This document shows, piece after piece, positions 51,859 through 61,725 of a DNA stretch of 64,000 nt. How positions within the stretch are numbered: position 1 is the first letter of the stretch; the number at the start of each line of letters is the position of its first letter. The translations under genes were made by a program, and so were the position numbers. The notes under the pieces are model-generated. The model was not told where the DNA came from. It worked only from the letters and a program-made list of their open reading frames with translations, and made no database searches. Source of the stretch: an uncultured Gemmatimonadales bacterium (GTDB lineage: Bacteria > Gemmatimonadota > Gemmatimonadetes > Gemmatimonadales > GWC2-71-9); NCBI GenBank assembly GCA_963779755.1, contig CAVZZO010000003.1:1472001-1536000 (forward strand). Reading direction: 5' to 3'.

Positions 51859-54800
51859 GGGCAGTACGTCGGCTCGGTAGCTCCGCTTCGGCATGCGTCG
51901 CTCCACTGTTTGTACCAACTGTTCGCCATCATCGCCGGGGCAAGGGCCGCGTCGAAGCGTCCCCAGACCGTGAGGGCACGACGCCATGCAAGCGCCTCTT
52001 CATCGGGCCTGTTGAAGAAGTGTGTTGCTTCATGCGTCAGTCGTGTTGCGTTGTCCACCTTACTCTGGCCTTCGAGGATGTAGATGGTTTTGCCGGTATT
52101 ACATCCCGTGGCGCCCTGGTCTTTGCATATTCGATCGAGCTTCGACTGAGAGAGGGGCTTCACGTCGGCCTTATTCGTTGCGACCAGAATGATCGTTGAG
52201 CGTCCCTCCTGCCCACCCTCGGACTTCAGAAGTCGGAACGCGTCACCTACCGTGTCTTTGGGACAGTCGTCCACGTTGGTGGTGTGCTTCCCTGTGTACG
52301 GACATAGCCCAAACGGGTCACTGAAGTTGATGGGATCGCCATTGGCGAGGCCATAGAGATTAAACCCACCCGCCAGGCCGATGGGGTCTTCCTGCGTGAA
52401 CCGCCCTGTTGCCGGATCGACAGAGCGATTTCGCCTGTAGAGCGTGCCGGCCCCATCCTCCTTGCCTTGAATCAGCGTTCCAAACCATCCATTGGGAGTC
52501 GGCGAGACGATATTAGGACCTGACCACAGGGCTTCTTTGGTGAGCCCGGTGGCAAAGGCAAGGCCACGCCATTGAACCTCCACACAATGAGAGCCGTCGA
52601 CGCACGTCTCCACCCCACCGTCGCCAAAAGTGCCGAGATCCGCCTCACCACGCCAGTTCCACAGCGGGAATACCTCCACCGGCGGCCAAGAGAATTGTCC
52701 CTGGTTCGTTCGCCGCAACAGGTTGAGTCGCGTAATTCCAATAGGCTGGTCTAGCGCACCCGCGTAGGTGTAGGCAGTCTGCCCGAATAACGGCCCAGGG
52801 TCGGCCCAGAGACCGCGATAGTCTAGTCCAGCCCACGGCGCGGCGGGACCGGTATCAGTCTCCAGATAGACCCCGTTATCATCTGCGGGCCCTATCTCTT
52901 CTGAAGCGTATGGCCTCTGGATTTCCCAAAGCTCCTGATTACCGTCCCACACTGTCCTACGGATCAAGCCCATTTGACAATCCGAGAATGCGAGGCTGTC
53001 ACCCCCCAGCCAACAGCTTCGCCTGCTCATGACAAGCACACGCCGGCCCAAGGCATCATAGCGATACTCGTCAAAGACATCTTTCCACGCTGGCACCCTC
53101 ATGTCGCCTTCCGCATGGCGCCACTCGGCCACACGAAGACGATCGTCTGCGCTATACCATGACGCCCGCTCATCGAAGAGATTGGCGCTGCCCCCATAAT
53201 AGAAGACGGTGTTACCGGCCGAGTCGTAGATAGCGTCGTGGTGTCCGCCGGCGTCCCACATTGACGTCAATCTGCCAGTCCCCGCTTGATAAAAACTAGA
53301 ACTAGTCGACCCTTGGGAGAAGGTGTTCTCGTAGTTGATGTTGCCATGAACCGATGAGTACCCGGCGTAGGCATTGCCCAACGGATCGTACGTGAAGCTC
53401 TGGCTGGCTCCATCCCCGCCGATATACACGTACAACACCGAATCGCTGAGGTTCTGGGGTCTCTCATAAGTCAGTGACGTCAACTGACCTAATCCCGAGT
53501 ATGTGGCGGTCACGGTATCCTTCCAACCGTGGCTGTTCTTGGCGGAGGACACACGAGTCAGATCAGCCCATGCCAGTTGAGCCAGACGGAGGTAGCTGTC
53601 CGGATCTTTGTAGGGAGACAGGCTCCCGTTGGCGACCTGGTCAAGAGTCATGCGGCCCAACGAATCGTACACCATCGAATCCACGATCTGTCCTGGTAAG
53701 CCCTTTCGAACTAGTTGGCCACGGGTATCGTATCCGAAGGTGACCGCATTGCCGAGTAGGGCCGTAACCTGGTTCAAGTCTCCAGTCGTATCGCTATACA
53801 CGTACGATACGCTGTCGCGCATACCTGTTCCGACGGCGAGTTGCGACGGATGGTGAATCGACGCCAGCCGTCCGTTGACATCGTAGGTGTGGCGAAGAAC
53901 ATAGAGATGTCCAAATGTACCGCTACTATAATTCCGAATCCAGAGAGAATCCCTGGCCAGCTGGCCGTTAATGAAGTAGGTGCGGTGGATCCTCGCGTCT
54001 CCATTGTCCGCTTTCAAGAGCGAGCCGTCAGGTGCGTAGGCAAACACAGCGGTGTCGGCGAAGATCTTGAGCCCGCTGCCGTTGTTGGGGAACCAGGGGT
54101 ATGGGCGTCCTTGGAGGCTGTCAGGATAATTGTCGTACAGTAGATCTAGCGTATTGATGTTTCCCGGCGTCGTCCGCGCGGCGTAGGACACCTCCGGCAC
54201 AATTCGCTTCACCAGACGGTTCAGCCGGTCATAGGTCATCCGAACAATGTGGCCGGTTCGTGCCTTGGCACTGTCCACATTCCCCGAAGGACCATACCAA
54301 CTGGTGTCGCGAATCCCGTCCGGTGCGATTCTGACGATCGACCGATTTGCGGCGTCGAAGACCCATTGAGTCGTCAGAGGGCCGAGGCTATCGTGGTCCG
54401 GTGACTGGACCAGCTGGCTTTGCGTCAGGTTGCCCTCATTGTCATAGGCATTATAGGTAGTCAAGCGCAAGGCTTCCGCCCCGCCGTGTGCAGGCGCCCA
54501 CGACGAGGTTAGGATGGTTCTGTCTGCGGCGTCATACGCCACGGAGTCGGTGCGAACTTGCCCAGCTCCAATCGCCGTCTGAAGAAAGATGAGCTTCCCG
54601 TTCGCATCGCTCTGATACCACGTCGGGTAGTAGTTGCTGCTCGCCACGTAGCTCGTGTTCCCCTGACTGTCATACCCGACCGTCGTAACCGCACCGATCG
54701 GCGGGGTAATTGTGCTGAGGAGGTACGCTCCGTTCCCAGAACTATTGTAGCCGAAGGTAGTCCGATTGATCGTGCCTCGGGCATCTTGCACCCACAACCG

Positions 54801-56822
54801 GTTCCCATTCGCCGCGTCAACCCCCAATTGCGTGACCTGCCCATTCGGCTGAACGACCTGCGTCAACTGATCCCAGGTCTGGTTCCAGGTGTAACGAGTC
54901 GTCGGATTGAGGCCGTTGGCATATGGGTTGGAATCTGAGACGGTGGCGAGGTTCCCGCGCAGGTCGTAGGTGGCACCAGTGACGAAACCGCCAGGTCCCT
55001 GGACCCGTGTTGGAAGCTCGGGCCAAGTCGCATTGGTCCTGGCGATGGAGGTCAAACGTCCGTAGGGGTCGCGAATCTGACTAACCGCCCCAAGGCTGTC
55101 TGTCCAGAAATGGATAACATCCGCGCTATCGGTGCGCGGGCCATCGTAGATGGTGTAAGTGCTCTCCGGAGCGGTGAGCCCAGACCCGCATGACCAAGCT
55201 CGCACCTCGGCTGGGCAGAAGGTTTGCGCGATCGTGTGAGCCCCTGCAACGGGAAGCGAGTCTCCCACCAATCTCATCCCCACGCCAAGCTTGTACCAAT
55301 GGGTATTGCCCCGCCGGTCGGTGCGCCTGGTGATCGTGCCCGGATGTGCGACGCTGTCGTAGCCGAATTGGACGCTGGCGGCAATCCCTGGATCGGTAAT
55401 AGATGTGATCCTGGCCCCCCCTGTGACTGCCGTCCCGATAACCCTGGTTACACGGCCGAGGCCCGTGACGTCTGGGGCATCAATCGAGCTGAGGGTCCCG
55501 TTCGGCCCAGCGTACTGGAACGTGTAGGTTCGGTTAGAGGGCGAGGGTGGCAAGGTGATGCTGAGGAGCCGGCTAGCACCGTCCGGAGCAAAGACAGTGG
55601 CATACCCAAGGCGATTCACCGTTTGGATATGGAAGCCGCTGCTATTGAATACCACTTTCACGCCGGCTTTCAAGTGCCGGGTATAGGTGCCGCCGCTGTA
55701 CGAGAGGCTGTCACGTCCATCGAATGCCCGGGCGACATACCAGGTGGTCCCAGTACAGCAGTTTGTCTTTACATAACGTCGTGAACTCCCATCCCCACCG
55801 ATCCAGAGGATGGAACCGTCACTGAGAAATTGGAGTTGTTCGAACCCTGCCAGCCACCATCCTGCACCGAAGTAGCTCCCCAGGCGATTGAGGATCACAA
55901 CACTGCCCGTATCGGTCCGGATCGCGATGTAGCCCGTCCCCGTCACATACTTGTCCAGTTCCAGTTGGAAGGCATACAGCCCAGTCGACAGGTCGCTGGC
56001 GGAGAAGTTAGTCATCACGCGCCGCGTCGCTGCTTGGCTAGGGGATCCCCACTGGGTCCCGGCCCAGGCCCGCCGGTCCCGCTGGATAAAAGACCCACCA
56101 ATCTTGAGCCGTGCGATGGCGACAATGGAGTCTGGCCGGTCGTTAGCGGCCAAGGCAAGATCGGCGTTCAGGGAAGGAAACGGATAGGCACTCTGAACGT
56201 TGTAGAGGAGGGTTGGTGTCCGAACCTTGTTGAGTGTTCGGGTCGATGGCAGCGGATGCACGATCCGAAGGTCACCACATTCATAGGCCGCATCGGAACC
56301 CGCCGCAATGGTCAGGCAGAGATCGCGTTCCACCAAGGGCCCAGTCGGTGTGACGGGAGTGGGTTTGACGGTGTACCAGCCCTGATTCGAGGCATGGCCG
56401 GTGGCAGTCAGGTACACGTTGCCATCTACGGTGGCGCCCACATGGTAGGTCACAGTCACCGTAATGCTGCTACCGCCGCCACAGCCAAAGCACAACGGCG
56501 CGAGCGGACCGCCTGGATCAAGCGTGGCGGAGGTAGGGCTCACCGACACACAGCTTACGCCAAGCGTTCGGGAGCAGGAGAACGTATAGGTGTCCGTGTA
56601 GTCCCCAGTATTCACGACCGTGAACGACGCCGTATGGTTGGCGTTGGGGGATACGGTGAGCGTTCCCCCGTGCGGGGTGACGGACACCGAATAGTTCAGG
56701 CAGCCGCTGACGCACAGCGGGCTAATCGGCTGCTGAGCAAGCCCTAATGAAGGGGAGAGAACGGCTGTAACCAACACCCCCGCAACGGCCAAGAAAGAAT
56801 GGACCAGACGGCGACCAGCCAC
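51855..56822 (-). CDS. Rhs/YD-repeat toxin 1 with Sec signal peptide and HExxH tip
   Basis: GRRLVHSFLAVAGVLV..GLA; YD repeats; [31 protein letters not shown]. Confidence 0.92.
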   Translation of the reverse strand: MAGRRLVHSFLAVAGVLVTAVLSPSLGLAQQPISPLCVSGCLNYSVSVTPHGGTLTVSPNANHTASFTVVNTGDYTDTYTFSCSRTLGVSCVSVSPTSATLDPGGPLAPLCFGCGGGSSITVTVTYHVGATVDGNVYLTATGHASNQGWYTVKPTPVTPTGPLVERDLCLTIAAGSDAAYECGDLRIVHPLPSTRTLNKVRTPTLLYNVQSAYPFPSLNADLALAANDRPDSIVAIARLKIGGSFIQRDRRAWAGTQWGSPSQAATRRVMTNFSASDLSTGLYAFQLELDKYVTGTGYIAIRTDTGSVVILNRLGSYFGAGWWLAGFEQLQFLSDGSILWIGGDGSSRRYVKTNCCTGTTWYVARAFDGRDSLSYSGGTYTRHLKAGVKVVFNSSGFHIQTVNRLGYATVFAPDGASRLLSITLPPSPSNRTYTFQYAGPNGTLSSIDAPDVTGLGRVTRVIGTAVTGGARITSITDPGIAASVQFGYDSVAHPGTITRRTDRRGNTHWYKLGVGMRLVGDSLPVAGAHTIAQTFCPAEVRAWSCGSGLTAPESTYTIYDGPRTDSADVIHFWTDSLGAVSQIRDPYGRLTSIARTNATWPELPTRVQGPGGFVTGATYDLRGNLATVSDSNPYANGLNPTTRYTWNQTWDQLTQVVQPNGQVTQLGVDAANGNRLWVQDARGTINRTTFGYNSSGNGAYLLSTITPPIGAVTTVGYDSQGNTSYVASSNYYPTWYQSDANGKLIFLQTAIGAGQVRTDSVAYDAADRTILTSSWAPAHGGAEALRLTTYNAYDNEGNLTQSQLVQSPDHDSLGPLTTQWVFDAANRSIVRIAPDGIRDTSWYGPSGNVDSAKARTGHIVRMTYDRLNRLVKRIVPEVSYAARTTPGNINTLDLLYDNYPDSLQGRPYPWFPNNGSGLKIFADTAVFAYAPDGSLLKADNGDARIHRTYFINGQLARDSLWIRNYSSGTFGHLYVLRHTYDVNGRLASIHHPSQLAVGTGMRDSVSYVYSDTTGDLNQVTALLGNAVTFGYDTRGQLVRKGLPGQIVDSMVYDSLGRMTLDQVANGSLSPYKDPDSYLRLAQLAWADLTRVSSAKNSHGWKDTVTATYSGLGQLTSLTYERPQNLSDSVLYVYIGGDGASQSFTYDPLGNAYAGYSSVHGNINYENTFSQGSTSSSFYQAGTGRLTSMWDAGGHHDAIYDSAGNTVFYYGGSANLFDERASWYSADDRLRVAEWRHAEGDMRVPAWKDVFDEYRYDALGRRVLVMSRRSCWLGGDSLAFSDCQMGLIRRTVWDGNQELWEIQRPYASEEIGPADDNGVYLETDTGPAAPWAGLDYRGLWADPGPLFGQTAYTYAGALDQPIGITRLNLLRRTNQGQFSWPPVEVFPLWNWRGEADLGTFGDGGVETCVDGSHCVEVQWRGLAFATGLTKEALWSGPNIVSPTPNGWFGTLIQGKEDGAGTLYRRNRSVDPATGRFTQEDPIGLAGGFNLYGLANGDPINFSDPFGLCPYTGKHTTNVDDCPKDTVGDAFRLLKSEGGQEGRSTIILVATNKADVKPLSQSKLDRICKDQGATGCNTGKTIYILEGQSKVDNATRLTHEATHFFNRPDEEALAWRRALTVWGRFDAALAPAMMANSWYKQWSDACRSGATEPTYCP

Positions 56823-56855
56823 GGCAAGCTCCGGTGAGGTTTGCCTGCCCCTCTA

Positions 56856-56871
56856 AGCAGGCCGCGTGCCG
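56856..56871 (-). promoter_or_regulatory. sigma-54 -24/-12 promoter
   Basis: CGGCACGCGGCCTGCT = GG-N10-GC, close to TGGCACG-N4-TTGCW; about 35 nt upstream of start. Confidence 0.8.
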
Positions 56872-56937
56872 TTCAGGTTTCCGCAGCAATCTCGTTCTGG
56901 ATCATGGAGTTAGCGCACACGGCACCGTCCTGTCAGT

Positions 56938-56990
56938 AGAGAATTTCTCAGAATTTCTCAGAACCTCTGAGAATTTCTCAGAATTTCTCA
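56938..56990. promoter_or_regulatory. 10-bp tandem repeat GAATTTCTCA, putative enhancer (UAS)
   Basis: 4 exact copies plus gaacctctga. Confidence 0.65.
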
Positions 56991-57983
56991 TGGAACCCGA
57001 GCATCGGCGGGAGCTTTGCTCCAGGAATCTCGCCGGACATCGCGCAAACGAATGCGATGATCTGTCAAGCGACGGTACAGGGTCGCTTGGCTGATCCCCA
57101 GCGCAGCCGCGATAGACACGCGCTTGCCTCGGTGCTTACGACACACCGCCAGCAGTCGGTTTCGTTCCACGAGCGCCGTTGGAATCATCCCAGCAACCTC
57201 GTGGCCGACAGCGATTGCCTCCGCGAGATGCGGGCCATCAAGGGACCCGCTACCTCCCAGCCACCCCGCCCGCTCCGCCACATACCGCAGTTCCCGCACG
57301 TTCCCCGGCCAGGGATAGCCGGCCAGGACCGGCAGCACATCCTCGCCCAGGCTCCACCCCTGCCGTCCCGCAAAGTGCTCCGCCAGCGGCAGCAGATCCT
57401 CCGTCCGTTCCCGGAGCGGCGGCAGCCGCACCAAGGCCCCGCAGATCCGGTGATAGAGATCCGCCCGGAACCGGCCGGCTTCGATCTCGCAGGTCAGCGG
57501 CCCCTGCGCCGCCGCCACGATCCGCAGATCCACCCGCCGCTTCCCGGTCTCGCCCAGCCGCCGCACTTCCCCCTGCTCCAGCACCCGCAGCAGCTTGGCC
57601 TGCGCTTCCAGGCTCAGACTCGCTAACTCGTCCAGCAACAGGGTCCCGCCGTCGGAGGCCGCGATCAGGCCTTCGGCGTCGTCCGCTCCGGTATAGGCGC
57701 CACGCCGGCGCCCGAACAGTTCGCCCTCCACCAGCTCGCGCGGCAGCGCCGCACAATTCAGATCTACCAGCTTCCCCGGGCGCCCGCTCCAGGCATGGAT
57801 GGCCTGGGCCACGAGCTCCTTGCCGGTCCCCGTCTCCCCCACCAGCAGAATGGGCAGACCGGTGGTCGCGCAGCGCTGGGCCAGATCCAGCGCACGCACG
57901 AAGGCGGGCGCCCGGCCGATCATCTCCGGCACCCGGCGCGATGCGCCCGGGCCGCTGAACGCCGGCCGGCGGCTAGCGGTCAT
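56988..57983 (-). CDS. sigma-54 enhancer-binding protein without N-terminal sensor, copy 1
   Basis: GETGTGKE, GAYTGA, WPGNVREL, HTH LGISQATLY. Confidence 0.92.
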   Translation of the reverse strand: MTASRRPAFSGPGASRRVPEMIGRAPAFVRALDLAQRCATTGLPILLVGETGTGKELVAQAIHAWSGRPGKLVDLNCAALPRELVEGELFGRRRGAYTGADDAEGLIAASDGGTLLLDELASLSLEAQAKLLRVLEQGEVRRLGETGKRRVDLRIVAAAQGPLTCEIEAGRFRADLYHRICGALVRLPPLRERTEDLLPLAEHFAGRQGWSLGEDVLPVLAGYPWPGNVRELRYVAERAGWLGGSGSLDGPHLAEAIAVGHEVAGMIPTALVERNRLLAVCRKHRGKRVSIAAALGISQATLYRRLTDHRIRLRDVRRDSWSKAPADARVP

Positions 57984-59604
57984 CGCCCGCACCCATGTTC
58001 CCGAGGCGTGGTCGGGTGACCTGATCGGCGTCCTCGTCCGTCTTCAGGATCCGGGGCGTGATGAAGAGGTAGAGCTCGGTCTGGCTCCGGGTCCGGCTGG
58101 CACTCCCAAAGAGGCCGCCCAGGATCGGGAGGTCCGAGAGCAGGGGAATCCCCGATTGGCTCTTGTCCCGCTGCTCGTCGGTGAGGCCGCCGATCACGAT
58201 GGTCTGGCCGTCGCGCACCAGCACCTGGGTCGCGGCCTCCCGGGTGGAGATGATGGGCGCGTCGAACTGGGTCTCACTGGTGGCCGCGTTGATTTCCTGC
58301 TGAATCGTGAGGGAGACATAGCCGTCCTGATTGATGGTGGGCCGCACGGAAAGCTTGGTCCCGACGTCCTTGTACTGCACGACCTGGTCGCGCGATGGCG
58401 TATCGGTGGGCAGGGAGCGGCTCACCTGCACGAAGGGCCGCTGGCTGCCGACCAGGAAGTGCGCCTCGGTGTTGTTGGAGGCGAGGAGGACCGGCCGCGA
58501 GAGGATATGGACATCCCCATGGCTCTGGGCCAGCCGGAGGGTCGCGTCGATGTCCGCCTTGCCCAGCCCCATGAGCCGGACCACCAGATCGCCCAGCCCC
58601 CCGCCCACGGTACTCGCGTCGATACTGCCGCCATCCAGCTTCTGCCTCGGCAGACTGAGATCCGCGCCCAGGGAGAAGCTCCGGTCGTGCCGGGCCTCGA
58701 CGATGAGGACCTCGATCAGGACCTGGAGCGGGCGGATGTCGAGCTGATTGACTGCCTCCTCCAGCACCGTGTAATCCTCCTGCGAGGCCCGGATGAGCAG
58801 CGAGTTGGTCCGCTCGTCGGGCACGATAGTGACGGAACCCGAGAGGGCGGACGGGCGGGAAGGCGGGAGGGCGGGAGGTGCTGCCTGACCCGGAGTTCCC
58901 TGGGGCGGAACGACGTTCCGGCGGAGTTCGTCCGAGAGGGTCCCATTGGAGAGCCCAGTACTGCCGCTGAACTCGCCCGAGCCGCCGAAGAGCTGATTCA
59001 CCGTGGCGGCGACGTCGGCGGCGCGGGCGTGCTTGAGCCGGATGACGAAGAGCCGAATGTCCTGGGGTGCGCCCGGTGTCCCCGGCCCCGGCGTGGCCGG
59101 CGGAGCGGGCGGCTTGGGTTCGATCCGGAAATAGGCGGAGTCCTCGGTGAGCTGCAGCCCGTTGGTTTCGACCAGGCCGCGCAGCAGCGGCAACACGGCC
59201 GCTCGGGGGACCGCCCCCGGCGGCTCCAGGGTCACCCGGGTACCCGGCACGTTGGTGGTGAGGACGGTCTTGGGGAGATAGCGCCCCAGGCCCTGGATGG
59301 CCGCGCGGAGATCGGTATCCACCAAGTGGATCACCAGGCTGTCGTGGGTCTCGCGGATGGCGGCGGTGCTTGAGTCCTGGGCCAGTACCGGAGGCGCGAA
59401 GAGCACGAGCATCGCCGTCATTGCGAGCCCGCGCAGCGGGCGAAGTAATCGGGGTCGGTGCGCACCCCACCCGACTGCTTCGGTCGCTTCGCTCCCTCGC
59501 AATGAGACGCACGGGAGGACCCTCCCTCGCAATGACAGCGGGAGTGTACCGCCGTACCGCCGTACCGCCGTACCGCCCGGCGTCCTGCCGTCCTCCGTCA
59601 CCAT
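57973..59604 (-). CDS. gspD: type II secretion secretin (alternative start 59421)
   Basis: IRLKHARAADVA, DERTNSLLI, QVLIEV, KDVGTKL, IPLLSDLPILGGLFG. Confidence 0.92.
   Translation of the reverse strand: MVTEDGRTPGGTAVRRYGGTLPLSLRGRVLPCVSLRGSEATEAVGWGAHRPRLLRPLRGLAMTAMLVLFAPPVLAQDSSTAAIRETHDSLVIHLVDTDLRAAIQGLGRYLPKTVLTTNVPGTRVTLEPPGAVPRAAVLPLLRGLVETNGLQLTEDSAYFRIEPKPPAPPATPGPGTPGAPQDIRLFVIRLKHARAADVAATVNQLFGGSGEFSGSTGLSNGTLSDELRRNVVPPQGTPGQAAPPALPPSRPSALSGSVTIVPDERTNSLLIRASQEDYTVLEEAVNQLDIRPLQVLIEVLIVEARHDRSFSLGADLSLPRQKLDGGSIDASTVGGGLGDLVVRLMGLGKADIDATLRLAQSHGDVHILSRPVLLASNNTEAHFLVGSQRPFVQVSRSLPTDTPSRDQVVQYKDVGTKLSVRPTINQDGYVSLTIQQEINAATSETQFDAPIISTREAATQVLVRDGQTIVIGGLTDEQRDKSQSGIPLLSDLPILGGLFGSASRTRSQTELYLFITPRILKTDEDADQVTRPRLGNMGAGDDR
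59417..59600. repeat. GTCATTGCGAG-type palindrome plus GTACCGCC octamer run in gspD 5' end
   Basis: gtcattgcgag..ctcgcaatga x2; gtaccgcc x4. Confidence 0.75.
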
Positions 59605-60170
59605 GGCTCCCTCACTCTCAACACCCAGGTCGTATCCATGCCCGTGAGCACCACGCGATCCCGTTCGATCCGGCGCACCCGGATCGCGCCGATGGCCTCG
59701 CCCGGCTGGACCAGCCGCGTCTCGGCGGTGCCGGGCAGGCCCTCGATGATGGCGGCTGGCCGCGTCCCCCAGACGATGCCGCTCAGCACCAGTTGCGGCC
59801 GCGGCTCCGGCGGGGGCGCAGGATCCGCAGGCGCCGGATCGGGGTCGAAGGCCACCGCGGCCGGGACGCGGGCCGGCCGGAAGGGATCGTGCGCGATCAG
59901 GGTCGCCAGCGGCGGCGCCGAGTGGGCTTTCGCCGTCCCGGCGGTCGAGTCGGTCGTGCTCGCCCGAGGCGGCGGCAACGCGATCCGGACCGGCCGCAGT
60001 GCATACCACCCCGCGGGCAGCACCGCTAATCCCAGCAGCAGCAATCCCAAGCGCGCCAACGGGGATATCCCACCAGCGAGGCCGCGCATCGTCCTCGCCA
60101 GGCCCTCCCGCCAAAGCAGGTCTCCTCCGCGTGGCTTCGCGCCCTTCGCGTCTTCGCGGTTCCCGTTCAT
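59598..60170 (-). CDS. GspC/PilP-like assembly protein
   Basis: TM, HDPF, LVLSGIVWG..AAII; position before secretin. Confidence 0.7.
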   Translation of the reverse strand: MNGNREDAKGAKPRGGDLLWREGLARTMRGLAGGISPLARLGLLLLGLAVLPAGWYALRPVRIALPPPRASTTDSTAGTAKAHSAPPLATLIAHDPFRPARVPAAVAFDPDPAPADPAPPPEPRPQLVLSGIVWGTRPAAIIEGLPGTAETRLVQPGEAIGAIRVRRIERDRVVLTGMDTTWVLRVREPW

Positions 60171-60742
60171 GGATGCTCCGTCGCATCGCTGAGGAACCAT
60201 CCCCGCACCGTCAACTCCGCCTGCAGCACCTCGGGCTGGTCGGGCGGGGTGGCCGGATCGGCTCCGATCACGCGGTATTGGGCAATCCGGAGCGGCACCC
60301 GATCCTCCGCCAGCGTCTCCAGCGTCTCTACCATGCCGCGGAGATCCCCCGTGAGTCGCGCCTCCACGGTGACGCGCTGCAAGGCGCCCGCTCGCGCGCT
60401 GTCCCCTGCCGGCACGGCGGCATCCAGCCGCACGCGATGGCGCGCGGCCGCGAGGCTCAGCCGTTCGGTCAGATCGTCCACCGCCTCCGCCCGGGAGCGG
60501 CCAGCCAGGATGCGCGGGGCGAGCTGCCCCAGACTATCCCGCACGCGCGTGCCTTCCTCCAGCAGAGCCGGCCCCGCCTCGACCTGCTCCCGCAGCGCGG
60601 CGAGCTCCCGCGCCTGCGTGGCCAGCGCGGCATGGGCATCCCGAATAAAACGGACCGCCGCGGGTCCACCCCGGACGAGGAGGAGCGCGGTGAGGAAGAT
60701 GCCGCTCCCCAGCACGAGCGCCCGGCGGTCGCGCCCCGTCAT
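60167..60742 (-). CDS. gspM: GspM/PilO-like protein
   Basis: RDRRAL-TM-coiled coil-ferredoxin-like pattern; operon position. Confidence 0.72.
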   Translation of the reverse strand: MTGRDRRALVLGSGIFLTALLLVRGGPAAVRFIRDAHAALATQARELAALREQVEAGPALLEEGTRVRDSLGQLAPRILAGRSRAEAVDDLTERLSLAAARHRVRLDAAVPAGDSARAGALQRVTVEARLTGDLRGMVETLETLAEDRVPLRIAQYRVIGADPATPPDQPEVLQAELTVRGWFLSDATEHP

Positions 60743-61725
60743 GGGGTAGGTACCTCGAACTCCAGCGTGAACCGCTCCCAATCCCGGCCCGCAATGGGTT
60801 CCCGCACCACCTCCCCCCGGAGCGTGGGCTGCCCCACCATGCCACTCCGCTCCAGCAGGGCCACGACCGCCGAGGCGCGGCGGGCATAACCCGCCAGCGA
60901 GCCGTGCCCCAGCGAGTCCACGGCAACGGTGGTGAGAAAGGCGGAGTCGGGCAGGGTCGCGGCGAGCCGGGCGAGGAGCTGGGCCGGGGCGCCACGAGCC
61001 GCGTCATCCGCGGCCAGGACCGCGAGCATGCCGCGGGTCTCCCCCACTTTCCGCCGCACGGCGAGGACCGCGGCGGCCGGTTCCCGGAGGCTTTGGAGTT
61101 CCACCGTTATCGCCCGCCGCTCCTGCCGGGTCTTGGCCACCCAGGCGGACGCCAGGCCCAGCCACAGGAGTACCACGGCCACGCCCAGCCGGGTGATGCC
61201 CCGGGCCGACGACCGCCGGCGCGCGCGCGCGAGCGAGGCCGGGACCAGACTGAGCGGGACGCCCGCGGCCTCGGGCAACGCGCGCACATCCACCAGCGTG
61301 AGCCCGGCCTCGCGCGAGCCCGCGGCGATGGCCTCGACCAGCGGCTCCTCCACGGCCGCGGCACGCGCGCGCACCCGGTGCGCTCCCTGCCCTTCCCTGA
61401 TCCAGGTGGCGTTGGTCACCAGCGGCACGCCGTTCTTCCGGAAGAATCGCCCGGCCTGATGCTGCACCAGGCCGCGGAGCGCGGGCGTGCGCACCGGGGG
61501 CAGGCCACCCAGCGTGCGGAGCTGCACCAGGGGCGGCGCCACCAGGGCGAGCAGCCGGCGGACGCGGGGCCGAGCCGGGGCCCCTCGCAGCAGCGTGGAG
61601 AGGGTGCGGGTGAGATCCGCCGGATCGGCGTACGTCGCCTCGGCGCGCCAAGCCGCCCCCTTCCGGCCGGCGCACTCGGCCAGGACGCGGCCGAGTTCGA
61701 TCCGCACGACGAGCGGGCGGCTCAC
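60739..61725 (-). CDS. GspL/PilN-like protein
   Basis: central TM; LPDSAFL..LAGYA..ERFTL. Confidence 0.72.
   Translation of the reverse strand: MSRPLVVRIELGRVLAECAGRKGAAWRAEATYADPADLTRTLSTLLRGAPARPRVRRLLALVAPPLVQLRTLGGLPPVRTPALRGLVQHQAGRFFRKNGVPLVTNATWIREGQGAHRVRARAAAVEEPLVEAIAAGSREAGLTLVDVRALPEAAGVPLSLVPASLARARRRSSARGITRLGVAVVLLWLGLASAWVAKTRQERRAITVELQSLREPAAAVLAVRRKVGETRGMLAVLAADDAARGAPAQLLARLAATLPDSAFLTTVAVDSLGHGSLAGYARRASAVVALLERSGMVGQPTLRGEVVREPIAGRDWERFTLEFEVPTP

Noticed and set aside
43616..56822. T6SS-delivered Rhs
   Set aside because: No PAAR, VgrG or Hcp; Sec-type signal peptides are present.
59605..60186. 737-aa GspD as given in the ORF track
   Set aside because: The extension overlaps the GspC-like gene in another frame.
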